A DNA stretch of 63,410 nt, filler included, from Conidiobolus incongruus B7586 (lineage: Eukaryota): NCBI GenBank assembly GCA_000697335.1. It is 7 parts of 7 records of this genome, joined end to end, with 100 filler letters (N's around TTAATTAATTAA, not from the genome) between each part and the next. Parts side by side here need not be neighbours in the genome. Positions count along the whole stretch, not along the records: positions 1 to 17,409 come from JNEM01007273.1; 6 more parts are not named here. One strand, written 5' to 3'. This document shows, piece by piece, positions 1 through 13,164 of this stretch. The notes below the pieces were generated by a model that saw only the letters and a list, made by a program, of their open reading frames with translations, was not told where the DNA came from and made no database searches. The position numbers and the translations under genes are program-made. Every line of letters begins with the position of its first letter. Positions within the stretch are counted from its first letter, which is position 1.

Positions 1-40
<40 letters not shown>
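1..40. repeat. (TA)n microsatellite
   Basis: Perfect TA run at the window start. Confidence 0.95.
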
Positions 41-41
<1 letters not shown>

Positions 42-796
42 TTATTAAAAAATAGGAATAATTAAATATATAATTATTAATTATTAATTTTCTAGTAATT
101 GATTAATTATATTAATTATTAATAATTATATTATTAGCATTATTATGTCGGGTGTTAACACTGACAACAATGGGCTTTACGAGCTTAAACGGGGAATCGC
201 CAGTGGTAAACGATAAATTACCACGTAATTAAGGGAAGTTATTGGGGTTCACCAAAGTAGGTGAAAATGACTTGTTACGAATTGGGTTCTTTGAATAAAG
301 TAAATATCTCACGCTCGTCACGACTCAACACTTTTGTGAGGGCTACGAGAAAAACTTAGAGACGGTATACTTTTGAAAATGAAGATAGAAGATGTGTTTA
401 TTAGTTTGCTTGTGATAATCTTATATTAGGTTCCATTGTTGATTTTTGTGGACATGAATGACTTACGGGCAGAAAGTAATGGGATCAACTAGTTCATGGG
501 GTGTGATATCTCCAATGTGACTTCTCAAATCCTGCGGTAATCGGAGTTTCTTGAGTAATTGACAGGATTATTCTCCATCAATTAATACTCAATTCAATTT
601 AAACTAAAAGGAAAATTTTTAATAATTCAAAATATAAAAGCAAAAAATATATATTTTAAAATAATATCATAATTATATATTAATATTAATTTATTCATTA
701 TCTTCTTTAATATGTAACTAAAATTCTAAAGTATTTTAAAATATCTTGTTTTATCCATTGTATTCTCTTTCTTTATAATTCTTTTTTTGGATATTT

Positions 797-828
<32 letters not shown>

Positions 829-1580
829 TTATCCTCCAATATTTAAATTAATTTGACAAATACTCATTTAATAAATTCTTTTATTTTTTTTTAAAAAATC
901 TATGTGATAATAAAATTAAAAATTAATGTCATATGAAATAGTTATATGACTAGTATTTTTAATTTTATTAAGGTACTTTTGTGCAAGATCCGAATTTTAT
1001 AATTTAATAATTAAATTTTAAAACTTCTTTCTTTGAAATAATTTTCTCACAATCGGTCCATTAAGTACGGAGATTGTGGTGGTGCTGAATTTGGTAAATG
1101 GGATGGCTGGATTTTTGTTGAGTTTGAGGCTACATTGAAACTAGGATCCACCAACTCTGATAAGATTGACCTTGGCGTAGTAGTGGTGGAGTTGGTGTCA
1201 AAGCTTATTAGTTAAGCTCAACGAGTCGATGATGATTTCATTTCAGTACTCTTTGTTTACGTCGATTACAAAGAGTCCAAGGGATACAAGGAAGTAATGA
1301 GAACATTTCAAGTATCCCGACAATTCAATTCTATCCAATAAAAATAGCCACCCAATTAACAATTGATCCAATTTCAGTGAACAGATGTGTATAACCTACA
1401 GATTAACGAATTGATAACACAATCTAACTAATACAAATTTGAAAAAAAATTTCTCAAGGTAAAAATTCTCAAAATCATCAATGTATACAAAATAAACAAA
1501 CACAAGATTAAATAATAATGATAATGATATAATAGATTTTATTTAGTTAATTATGTAATCATATACCAAATGGCAAGCTT

Positions 1581-2406
1581 TCAAAAACTTTGATGAAGGT
1601 AGTAAAAATTAACTTTAAATAATCTTAAGTCCTGCTGATGTTCCATTGCTGATGGATTGTGTTCCATGCGGCTTGGTTCCATTTTTAGGGTGGCTTGGCC
1701 TGCATGATTTGAACAGTAGGACTTGCTATATAATATAGGATGGAAATGATCTTAGGAAGCATATTTACTCGTCCAATTTGTAAACGTTTCGCGGCGTTGT
1801 AGAGCCTTTGGTGGAAATGTAAGAGTTGGTGGGGCTGGAGGCCTTGGAGGAGCCTTCGTCAGTCATCAACTCCTCGTCGAGAAGCAGACTGTTGGATCTG
1901 GAAAGTGAGTGGCAGAGATCAGCATCAAAGTTGGCAGGATTACACCACGTCGGCGTGTCTCTGTCTTTTTTGCTGGAGCCTGACCACTTGGGCTTGAGGT
2001 TAAATTTGAAATTTTTCTCCTTGATCTTCTCTGATAAATTAAAAAAGTTGAATAGAGAGTTCTGGGTTCCAGTACTGCCATTTGTCGGTATACTGTATAC
2101 TTCGCGTTTTGTAAGGTTGTCATACTCAGCGAATTGCTTCAAAAATGACTTCTCTTTAGAGTATTGGAACAGTGATGGTACTGGCGATACGGGGTGTGCT
2201 GGTTTCTTAGCATGTGTAGAAATTGCCGACCTGACATGATGAATGGTTTGTGCAGCCGATGAGCCTGTCATCGTAGCATCTCCCTCGCCGGTTTCACGTT
2301 TCTTTTGATTCTTGTCGTAGATCACACCGAGCATCCAGTGGGCTTGCTCGAACCATTGGTCCTGCTGCTCAGCATCGGTTACTTCCATATTAATTACGAG
2401 AGGCAT
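1581..2406 (-). CDS. Hypothetical Ser-rich protein, probably 2 exons
   Basis: GC-richer 216-aa ORF; first ATG at 2406 (MPLVINMEV...). A candidate 43-nt intron at 1726-1768 (GTAAAT...ATATAG) removes the stop and extends the frame (DKSYCSNH...HQSF*) to TGA at 1581. No recognisable domain. Confidence 0.55.
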
Positions 2407-5400
2407 TTTTCCCAATTAAAAAAATAAAAAAATTTTAAAATGGTCTAACAATAGTAAACAACTCAGCAAGCACAGTTGAATATTTATATAAATAATTTAT
2501 AAATATGGGGGACTTGAGACAAAATAATAAATCTAAGAGTAAATCTATATTGTAAAACCCAACTAACTCTAACCCAAGTTGAAACCCTTGCAAAAATATC
2601 AAAAACAAAGTGAATGAGAAGTTACGAGGTCATGGAAGGAGGAGGAGGAGGGTATTATATACTCCATTAATCACCTCTTTTGCATAACCTGAATGGATCA
2701 CATTTACCAAGTTCCCAAACTTAATTAAATTAAATATTAAACCAATTTGCAAACCTTCAACTGCCCAATTTGGATTAAATTTCTAGCTAATTAACGCTCT
2801 CAATCATGCCTCCATCTGCCAATAGCAAACACCATTCAGTTCAAGAGTTGGGTTATTGGATATTTTATGGGAAACTTGAACCGAAATAGTAATCCAATCA
2901 ATTAAAATTTTTACGAAATGATAAATTGCAAAATAGTGATAGCATCTAGAAACCAAATGGAGAGTATTTACCTCCTTTCCCCATCCAGTTACTCTCCTTG
3001 GATTAGTCCTCCTTGGACACTGGTCGCCCCCTCAATTCCTTCTGCTTGGGATTTATCTCCCCCTTTGCCAAATCCAGCCCAATTTACAGATCAAATATCC
3101 TTAAGGATTGAAAATTTAGCAAATTTTAGTGTTAATTATGACTTCATAGTCAACTAACTCTAATTATATTCCTTATTTTATAATATAGTTAACTAAATTT
3201 TCAATAATCCAACTTATAATGATCCTCCTCATTACCATTTGATCTCCATTACTATTGCATTCTAATAGATATATATATATGTAAGTATTATATAAGATTT
3301 AATCGATTTTAATAATTGTTTATTTATTTATAAATTTTTATACCAATTTAAATTATAATAATTTAATTTGATAAAATTAATATATTATGAAATAAAAATA
3401 AAATATATTAAAAAAAGAAACTTAATTAATTAATATATACTAAAATATACTTATCAATATTTTATAATACTAGTCAATAATAAATTATACTCCATATTCT
3501 TTGGATTATTATTATTATTATTATTATTTTATCCAATTATCCTATCATTCTTTTAATTAATTTTATTTAATCAAAAATTAAAATCTAATAAAATTTTAAA
3601 ATCCAATTTAAAAAGTATTTGATTTGCATTATTTAAAATTAAATTTGGATTGGGTAATAATTCTAAATAACAAATTTAGTTACAAATTGGATTAAATCAT
3701 ATTATTGGTAGTATTTTGTGATACTGATATAAATCATTATTTTTTGAATTGTTTTTTTACCTAATACTTTAGAGTTATGACTAATTTGGCTCAAATGAGC
3801 TAATCAGCTCTTTGGAATTAGGCAGGAAATACAAATTATGATTTGAATTAATTACTTTAGTATGAAACCTATGAATTAAGCGTGCAAACGTGATGGAAAT
3901 ATGAATTGAAAGCCAAATCATCATGGAATAATCATATTTAAAGTAATATCCATTGTAAGTTATAGATCCATAATTAAAAAGGGGAAGTTTTTATCATTTT
4001 TAAATTTGTTAAAATTTATCAATTATATCAATTATTACTGCTAGTTTATATTGAATATTTTATAATATTTCAATTAATTAAATCAGGTTATCATTAAATA
4101 TTTCAATAGAAATAATCAAAAACTAATTATTATGTATTTCTCTCTGACTAGTTTCTACTTAATATTAATAAAGTACATAAAACATGAGTTAAAAAATTGA
4201 ATGGCTTTTAATCCTTTTTTGCCAAATTATTAATTTTTATGAATCAAAATTTCAGTTAAATTATAATATAATTTCTATTCAATAATTTATCATATTGTGT
4301 TTATATTTTTATATTAACCAAGAATAATAATTAAAAAGCAATAAGAAATAATAGAGTTATTGATTATTAATTAAATTAAATGAATTTAGTTTTAAATTTA
4401 ACCTTGGTAATATTGGAGATTTTAAAATTTATCAAAGTTAAAATAAATTTATAGCTAAATATTTAAATGATAAGTGTTAATATTATACCATAATCATAAT
4501 TATCAAATTATAAATATTTATTGAATATTTTATAAATAATAAAATTAATTAATTATTAATTATTAATTATTAAAATTATAAAATAATATCTAAATTATTA
4601 CGATTATCAAATAAGTATTTTTAAATTATTTTAACAAAAATTCATTTACATTATTTAGCATTGCAATTAAATTATAGTAATAAAGAATAATATACAAAAA
4701 TGTTATAGTGTATTTTAATACATGTAATAATATACTAATTTATTAATATATTTAATAATTAGTTTCATAATTAGAAAGTAGTCACATACTTTAATTTTAC
4801 AAATTTTAAACTTTACTATCGTTATGATTTGAAGATATGCACATCATAATATATTAGAAAACCACCATTTCAAAAAATAGCTTTATGCCAATGAGATAGT
4901 TGTTGTGATTTCACATGTGATAGATTCTAACAAATATAGAACCTCAGTTGAAGTAACTATGCCAGTGATTGTTTGTTGTAGAATTTTCTATGTTACTATG
5001 CTCAATAAATTCTACATCGATAAAGGTTTCCTTTATTGTGATATTAGTTTAAATGCTCATAGATTATTGATTTTAAATATTTAAGAATTTTAAACAAAAA
5101 AAATATTTGGTTTATTTGCATTACAATCTCAATTAATTTATTAAACATCTTAATTTCATATCAAAACAAATAAATTTTTAAAAATTAATGACAAAATATA
5201 TAGTATAATTAAAAAACATATTAGGATAATATCTGAATAAGGTGTTTCCATTTATTATTAAATTTTTAATTTTGATTATATCAAATAAATTCAAATTTAA
5301 AATATGAATATTATAGCTTTTATTATCCTATAATATATATTTAAATTAAAATATCGAAAAAGAAAACTATATAACAACTTAATTCAAAAACACCTAATAA

Positions 5401-6978
5401 ATGACTTAAAATCAATTAATCCAATTGAACTTTCTTTGTTTCTCAATAAATACTAATATTTGAAATTATAGTTAAATTTTTAAAAAAATATATATTTATA
5501 TTTAATTAAAATTTAACATTAAAAGATGAATTTAAAAAAAATTATAAATCACTTTTTTTCATTATTAACCAATGAAATTAATATATTGTAATTTATCCTT
5601 TTTGTAGGGATGCTATAGCTCTTAGTAGTATTACCATTGAAATCATGATCTACTAGGAATTGTCACCAATCTATAACCTACACAATTAGAACTTTGCTAT
5701 ACACTAATAGATAAACTACTAATAAACAGAAATATGTTAAAAATAAGGATAAGGTTTATTATAGATATTATACACAATAATAATATAAAGCTTAATTATT
5801 ATACCAAAGATGGTGTTTATATAATAATACCAATATTGAGATAGATTTATATTCACCTGATATAATTCTATTAATAGAAAGCTATAAGACTGGTGAGCCC
5901 TCTAAATAATCCTTCTTTATTTTGCTTAAGTAACATATTATACTATTTATTTATATTATTAATAAAATATATTATATAGGTAAATATTAATGCTTTATAA
6001 ATAAGTTATAAGTTTAGTTTAATAATAAACCCAAATAATCTCTTAGTTATTATTATTATATAAAGTATAATCTAAGGTGATATATAAAAGAATAGATTTC
6101 TAAATAAAACAACAATTAACTTTTTTGTGACTTAAATAAAGGTAGTAAAAACCAGCTTTATATTGTTTAATTAATCTTAATTTATTATCTAATAAATTGT
6201 TTAATTAATAATTATATCAGATATTTTGTTTAATAATATTCTTTTGAGTGAAAAAGCTATTTATAATATTTTTGATATTGATTATAATAGTAAAATCTTA
6301 TGAAAACTTATTCATTTTATTAAAATAATATATTATTGATTAATAATAACAAGTTATAAATCATTAATATAAAATTGATTATTTGTTACTTAAAAAAGGC
6401 AACTTAATTGTCTTAATAATACTTTAGAAGATTACTAATATAATGTATTAGATTAAGACAGAAAATTAAGAGAAATGGGATTAAATTAGTCAAAGTTTTT
6501 ATTAATTAAATTTGATAATCTAAAGAAAAAAAAATATACTTAAATTATTTTTATATAATTTAATTAAAAAAAACTTTATTTTTCTATTATATCACATTTA
6601 CATTATATTATATTTTAAATATAATTAATATTAATTATTTTATAAATTAATTATCCTTTATTTAAAATAAATTTAAAAAAAACTTTTTTAAATAAATTAA
6701 TTTAAATATTTTATAATTTAAGTTTATTTTATGAAAAAAAATTTTTTTATTTTAAAGTATAATAATAAATTATTTAATTAATTCTATTTTATAATCGAGA
6801 TGAATTTATTATATATATAACATTAATCACTAATCATTAATCTTAATTTGAATAATAATTATATTAAAATTTATTTTAAAAATAAAATTAAAATATGAAT
6901 TAAATTGAGTTTGAATGTGATATTTAACAAAGTATGAATTGATTTTATATGTGAAAAAAGATTTGAAGTATCGATAAT

Positions 6979-7553
6979 TCAATTTTGTCGCGGCTATTAG
7001 CTCTTTGAGCGTCATCGAGGACACTGACATAGCCATTGTGTAAGTCAGGTTCTGAAGCATGGTACCTACAAACTGAGGTAGGATACCGATTATCAGTTCC
7101 CTAGCTATCCGACGATGATTACTGATAAATGGGGCTTTGAAGATGGTGACTAGACCAGTAGCAGCAGTAGTAGCGTGAGAATCTGGCATGCTAAGAAGGC
7201 AAAATCACAGAATATAAATAGGAATAGACGCAGAACGGTTAATGGAATATGCCTCAAGTGAAGCTATAAGTGGCTCCTTGAGTATGTTTGAGAGTAGGTC
7301 TTTAATAGGAAAGTAAGGTTTATTTGTAGAGTAGAATAGAAAGTCCTCCCTTGGACTGAGTGGAAAGTGTTAGCATAAATAGGCAACCACGGATGAATAG
7401 CGTGGTGATGTAGATATTGAGATATCAAGGGTTTAGAGCGTTATTCACAAGTGATTGATATTATTTATATGGCTTAATTGAAATGATCAGTGATTTGATA
7501 GTGATTCTGAGTGAGAGAAGGTATTGATTAGATAACAATTGTCACAAAATTGA
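6979..7553. mobile_element. Candidate solo LTR or MITE-like insertion abutting tRNA-Lys
   Basis: ~570-bp GC-richer island with no convincing ORF, bounded by a 10-bp inverted repeat (TCAATTTTGT 6979-6988 / ACAAAATTGA 7544-7553). Internal TGT...ACA ends (6986-7546) have a near-TSD AATTT/AAATT, and TATAAATAG lies at ~7213. Confidence 0.3.
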
Positions 7554-7556
7554 TAT

Positions 7557-7629
7557 GCCCGGCTAGCTCAATCGGTAGAGCGTGAGACTCTTAATCTCAA
7601 GGTTGTGGGTTCGACCCCCACGTTGGGTG
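7557..7629 (+). tRNA. tRNA-Lys(CTT), intronless
   Basis: Complete cloverleaf GCCCGGC...GTTGGGT-G; anticodon arm TGAGA-CTCTTAA-TCTCA; T-loop TTCGACC; downstream oligo-T. Confidence 0.97.
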
Positions 7630-8258
7630 TAAGCTGATCAATTTTAGTTGACATAATTTTTTTTCTCCACTTATCAATTAATTAATTTTCTTCTCATTAC
7701 TTCAATTTTTTTTTAAATGTTTATATCACAATATCTATTTTATTTTTAAAATCTTTTAGTCAACCTTTTATATTAAATAATTTACTTTAATTATTTTAAA
7801 ATTTTTATAAAAATATAATTTATTTTTATTTTAATATTAAAAATATTGTATTCAAATATTACATCCTATATCCTTTTATTTTTTTAATTGACTAAATATA
7901 TGTTGAAATATAATAGGAAATTAAGTCAACCACTTAATTATTAGATAATGAAATTATAATATAAGAATAATAATAATAGCTTATAGAATAATAAAATTTT
8001 TTTGATAATTAATTAACTATTTTAAACTTGAAATAATTCATTTTTTCATTATTAAGAAACCCAATTACATCTATTTCAAAATTCCCATAAATGAATTCAT
8101 TAAATAATCATTAAATAAATGATGATTTAAATGATAAACAAAATAGTATTTAAAATTAAATTTACTTTTAAAGTATAATAATTTTAAAATTTAAAACAAA
8201 ATTAAATTAAATAATTTTAAATAAATTAATTTTTTTAATAGTTAAAATATTATAAACT

Positions 8259-10604
8259 ATGTCTGGAGCTTATATGCAAGATTGGAGGAGTACATTAACT
8301 ACACAAGAGAGAGAAAATGTTAAAACAATATTATCCCAATTTCTTCAAAGTCAGCCAAATGTAAATGTTATGCAAATAAAAGCTAGTATTGATCAATTTG
8401 AAAATGCTCTATATACTCAGTCTACCTCGAAGCAAGATTACATTGCGAAATTTCATCAAAAGGTTGCAGAGTTGAAGTCGAGAGTTGCTAATATTACTAG
8501 GATGGGAGCTGCGAATCAGGATCCCGGTAATGTTCAGCAGAGACCTCCGATGCAACAGCAGACTCAGCTGCAAAATCCCCAGGTTCAGTATCAGAACTCG
8601 CCAGTTATGTTTAATCCGGTGAGGACACCTCAGCTTTCAATGGCAAATAATCACTTGAATCCTGCTATGATGGCATCTCCCCAGTTCCCTCCTCTTAATG
8701 GAAGTCCGCAGGTTCGTCCGGTCGGTAACGGCGTTATGATGCCTGGAATGCCTCAGAATCAGCAAACTATTCATTCCCTTTCTCAAATGCAACAGCAAAT
8801 GGCTGCTGCAGCAAGTCCCCACTTGCAAGCTGTCCAGAATAGTATGAACGATCCTTCTAAAATTAATATGCTGAACGCTCAGTTTGGCAACAATGGCCAA
8901 ATTCCTCAAAGTCTTCCTCAGCAACAGCAGCAACAACAACCTCAGCCTCAACAACAGCAGCCTCAACAACAACAGCCTCAACAACAACAGCCTCAACAAC
9001 AACAGATGTTTACCAATCAGGGTGGTGTTCCTCAGTCGCTATCTCCAGCTGAGCTGGCTGCATTAATTCAAAAGGCCAAAACTGGTACTATCACTCAGGC
9101 TCAGTTACTTGTGTTGAACAACGCAATTGCTCAAGCACGTGCAAAAATGGCTGGAAATAATCAAGCTCAAATGCAAGCACAAGCACAGGCACAGGCACAA
9201 GTACAGCAGCAAATGCGTCCTCAGATGCAAATGCCTTCTCAAGCACCTGTCCAAGTGCAGCTCCAGAACGTTGGTCAGATGCAGCTCCCACCAACCAATG
9301 CTACCCAAATGACAACAGCTCAAATCGGGCAGTCTCCAGCAGTTAACCCTGTGGCATCCAATCCACAAATCCCTACCGCTCCAAATCCAACAATCCAGCA
9401 GCCCCAACAAGCCCAACAATCCCAGCAACCTCAGCTCCCCAATGTGCAAATGAATGCTCAACAGCCCATAACACATCAGCAGGCTATGAATATCAACTTG
9501 CCAATGAACATCAACCCCATGAATCTAGTTCGCCTGCCTGCGGATGTTTTCTATAAACCACAATTAATTGATGCTATTGTCAAGAGAGCAGGACTCACGC
9601 AGCAGCAGGTAAACGCATCTTTGCAGCACGTTCTCCAGCTCATCAATCGCGCAGATGCGAGTACGCCAATCCCCACGATGTCGTACCAGGTGACCGAGCA
9701 AGACGCCAAAGAGTTCCCTGAAGTTCTCAAGTCTGGAGGGATTGTGTGCAACGGTCTTGTACGTATACTAGTCTTCATCAATCACTACAGTCCCGACGAT
9801 GAGAAATTCCTTCAGGTACTAAGTGCTAGAAGGTTGCTTTCCATAATTGCCGATCATATTCGACAAGGGACTTACCTCGCAGAGTTAAATAGAGTTAAGA
9901 ATATTATTTCCACTATCGATCGCTTCTGTCGTGGCTGTTTATTCCAAATCCTTACCACCTCGTTGGGAATGACAGGTGCCAATCCGGCTCAGCAACAGGT
10001 GCAGGCTCAAGTGCAAGCTCAATCTCAAGCGCAAACACAAGCTGCGACTCAAGCTCCTCAACAGGCTCAAGTACCTCAAACCAATTTACAACAGCTCCAA
10101 ACTAATCAGAACGCTCAGCCGGTAGCTCAACCTCAGCAAGCTGCAACGGTTCCAGCAGCAAATAACCAAACACCTCAGGCTATAAACGCTGCAGAATTCC
10201 AAAATGCATTGAAACAAACTGCTCCCAAGGTTCAGAACTTAAAATTACCACAAGGCCATCAAGCTCAAGCCCAAGTTGAAGCCACTGCCCCATCCAATAA
10301 TAATCAAGCACAATCACAGCCCGTAGCATCCCCAGCCGCTGTCAAGCCAGAGCAACCCAAACCCAAACCTAGGCCTCAGCAGCCATTAGTCGCTTACCCC
10401 ACTAATAGGTCAGCTCGCCACTCCCTCGAGTATCTCAAAGACTCTCTCAACAAGCTCAAAGCCAAAGGCGACACTAACACTCTTAACGAGCTTCAGCAGA
10501 CGCTTCAGCAGTTGGCATCGGAACGCAAACATTACGATATGGACGATATCCGATACAAGCGCTACGAATTATCAGAATATATGAAGGAAGTCAAAACCAA
10601 CTAA
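8259..10604 (+). CDS. MED15: Mediator subunit 15 (Gal11/Med15)-like
   Basis: Intronless 781-aa ORF. The N-terminal fungal KIX-like domain (DWRSTLTTQERENV...FENALYTQSTSKQDY) is followed by long Q/P/A-rich regions and a central helical domain. Confidence 0.8.
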   Translation: MSGAYMQDWRSTLTTQERENVKTILSQFLQSQPNVNVMQIKASIDQFENALYTQSTSKQDYIAKFHQKVAELKSRVANITRMGAANQDPGNVQQRPPMQQQTQLQNPQVQYQNSPVMFNPVRTPQLSMANNHLNPAMMASPQFPPLNGSPQVRPVGNGVMMPGMPQNQQTIHSLSQMQQQMAAAASPHLQAVQNSMNDPSKINMLNAQFGNNGQIPQSLPQQQQQQQPQPQQQQPQQQQPQQQQPQQQQMFTNQGGVPQSLSPAELAALIQKAKTGTITQAQLLVLNNAIAQARAKMAGNNQAQMQAQAQAQAQVQQQMRPQMQMPSQAPVQVQLQNVGQMQLPPTNATQMTTAQIGQSPAVNPVASNPQIPTAPNPTIQQPQQAQQSQQPQLPNVQMNAQQPITHQQAMNINLPMNINPMNLVRLPADVFYKPQLIDAIVKRAGLTQQQVNASLQHVLQLINRADASTPIPTMSYQVTEQDAKEFPEVLKSGGIVCNGLVRILVFINHYSPDDEKFLQVLSARRLLSIIADHIRQGTYLAELNRVKNIISTIDRFCRGCLFQILTTSLGMTGANPAQQQVQAQVQAQSQAQTQAATQAPQQAQVPQTNLQQLQTNQNAQPVAQPQQAATVPAANNQTPQAINAAEFQNALKQTAPKVQNLKLPQGHQAQAQVEATAPSNNNQAQSQPVASPAAVKPEQPKPKPRPQQPLVAYPTNRSARHSLEYLKDSLNKLKAKGDTNTLNELQQTLQQLASERKHYDMDDIRYKRYELSEYMKEVKTN
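8919..9005 (+). repeat. Coding poly-Q/(QPQQQ)n minisatellite in Med15
   Basis: Tandem CAGCCTCAACAACAA-like units. Confidence 0.85.
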
Positions 10605-10627
10605 GTAGATGTATTTTTATACTAATT

Positions 10628-10628
<1 letters not shown>

Positions 10629-10682
<54 letters not shown>
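10629..10682. repeat. (TAA)n microsatellite between convergent 3' ends
   Basis: Perfect trinucleotide run just after the Med15 stop. Confidence 0.95.
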
Positions 10683-10683
<1 letters not shown>

Positions 10684-10769
10684 GAATAAATTAATTGTAA
10701 ACAAACAAACAATTTAATAAATATTGATTCCAAATAATTTTTCATTTCGAATTTATTATTAGTATACAA

Positions 10770-13164
10770 CTATTCAATTTTATTAGTAATTCTCAACTGA
10801 TTCACAACTTCCTCGCAACTCTTAAGTAATTCTAGACCTCGGTTGTAAATTTCCGTATTCTCTTTGTTGAACATGATCGCATTATAGCACATAATTAACA
10901 AATCCAAATGAAATTCATCAATGTTGGTTATTTTCTATTCAACTATTAATTAATTTTGTAATTATAATATTATGATAATTACCTGATTTCTAATATTCGC
11001 TTTGATCGTATTCAAATCCTTTGGCTGTTTGATGAGTCGGTAGTAGTCCGGAGCGTTCGCTTCCTTAATCGGGTTTTGAAACATATTGGCATATTTGTGT
11101 GTGGACAGTTGACTCCAATTGAATAGTAAAAGTTGTTTGATTCTGTTACTGTCCTTGCTACCTCCGCCACCCGTCGTACTCGGCGTCGGCTGAGGCTGTG
11201 ATTGTTGAGATGGGGATGTAGCGTCGGAGTTAGATCCTAAATGGAGTGTTATGATTGTAATAATATGGATTTGGATTTTCGTTTACCTTCTGTGGGTTTT
11301 TCTTGCTCATCATTGTCCGATTCGCGTTTAGAAGCTTCGTCATCAACGGTTTCCTTATCATCTTCAGTTTTAACTTTTTCATCAGATTTGTCTTGAGACA
11401 CTTCCTTAATAGTTTCTTCGGATGGCGATAATGATTTGTCGCCATTGTCTTGTAGGTTGGATTCCGTTAATTCGGAATCTTCTAGATTAGTCAAATCGCT
11501 TAATTCGTCTATAAATTAATTAGTTTTGGTAGGCAATGATGTAATGATATGCAATTACTGGTTAGGTAAGATGGGTCTTCATTTTCTGTAGGTTGATCAT
11601 TGTTATCAATTTCTTTGAGTTCTAATGTTGCTTCTGTAGGCTTTTCAACTTCTTCCGTAATCATATCAGGCGTTGAGGAGGGTTTAGATTCAGATACATT
11701 CTTATTAACAAATTTTTCAATTGACTGAGTTTTCGTCGTCTCAGATTCTGATTTGATTTCCAAAGCTTCTTCATTTTCGTCCACTTCCATTTTCGTATCC
11801 TCCTCATCGGGAATCACTTGGATTTCCTCCTCAACTTTTTCATCGTTGTCAGGCTCTTCCTTTGTGGCGGCGGGTTCTTCGTCAATTTCCATGACATCTT
11901 CATCATTAGCGGATTCTTCAACCTTGGTTTCAGGCGCGTCAACTTCCATGATATCATCTCGGTCTTTAAATTCGCTAGGGGTAGGTTCCTGATTAGTGTC
12001 TTCCTCACTCTCTTCCACTTTAACTTCGGTCTCATTATCAATATTTTCGGACTTGTTGTCGGTTGTTGTTTCGACAATTTCCAAATCTGAAGGCTTCTCA
12101 ACCTCCACTGGAACTTCTTCAACTTCTGTTGTGGGTTGATCATGTTTGATTTCTTGAACAGTTTCTGATTGAGGTTCGGAATCTTTGATCTCGATTAGTT
12201 CTTCTTCCTCGGACTTTGATTCAATTTCTGTGACATTGTTATCATTTTCGTCTCGATACTGTTGTTGTGAGTCTTCGTCAACTTTCACATCATTACCCAA
12301 CTCTACAGAGCTTTCTTTGGGTGTAAAAAACTCCTCTTCATCCTTTTGGTTCTCCCCACTCTCTGAAGATTTACTCGTATTCGCATCATTATTGTCGACC
12401 TTATCATCCGCTGTCTTGGAGTCCTTTGGCAATGTTTCCGGAATAATATCACCTTCTCCCATAGACATATCCACATTAATTTGAACGTCGTCCACCTCCA
12501 TCATATTCAAATTATTCAATGTATCATCACCACCTTTAGCTTCCGGTATAGTATCGATCTGTGATATTTCATTACTGTCGCAAATGCCGATATCGGTCTG
12601 AACTTCTTGGATTTTGTTTTGAAGTTTGCTAATATAAAGGTTACCAATCGTTTTAAACAATTGAATCAAATAACTGGGATTTTTGATAGCTTCATCCAAA
12701 GTTCTATAAGGTATTAGTATAGAGCTATTATAAATTATTTAAAAATTTACTTTATATTGTCGTAACCTTCTAATCTATTATCATTCATTAGTTTCTCTAG
12801 CCTACTTTTAATCATCTAATCCAATCAATAAAAAAATTCCAATATCTATTTCGAATCAATTTACCTCAATGTTTAAACAACCCTCAAATTTTTCGAGTAG
12901 CCAATACCTCTTAAACTTCTCTAGCACTTCATCCCAAATGCTTTCACTCTGTAAATTATTGATAATACACCCCAATAAAATTAGGTCAAATTTGGGATTC
13001 CAATTAAATTCTCCATTACCATTAATATCCATTAAAGTCATTAGAGTTTCGTGTTTCATCAAAATTTTGGATTTTTTGGTATTTGGGTTCTCCGACGAAG
13101 TTGGCAGGGTACGTTTTGGGGATTTCGTGAAATAGGACCATAGCTCAGGTGTTAAATTGGACAT
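10770..13164 (-). CDS. BRD8/Bdc1-like bromodomain protein (NuA4/SWR1-associated), ~6 exons
   Basis: ORFs 12856-13164, 11509-12699 and 11249-11494 join through short GT-AG introns to C-terminal exons. These encode a bromodomain: WSQLSTHKYANMFQNPIKEANAPDYYRLIKQPKDLNTIKANI / ITNIDEFHLDLLIMCYNAIMFNKENTEIY. Long acidic linker; TAG at 10770. Confidence 0.8.

Noticed and set aside
2918..3157. Pro/Ser-rich 79-aa ORF
   Set aside because: Short, no recognisable domain, and may be promoter/UTR DNA of the divergent gene. I cannot support it as a CDS.
4880..5050. Cys-spaced relic resembling a Kazal domain
   Set aside because: Multiple stops and the Cys spacing does not fit the family pattern.
6830..7189. 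119-aa minus-strand ORF as a gene
   Set aside because: It crosses from the GC island into low-complexity AT DNA and has no recognisable motif.
8637..9781. Leu-rich or Asn-rich ORFs overlapping Med15
   Set aside because: Antisense and alternative-frame shadows of the CAA/CAG-rich poly-Q coding sequence.
11753..13135. Ser-rich + strand ORFs over the bromodomain gene
   Set aside because: Antisense shadows of the acidic GAA/GAT-rich linker.
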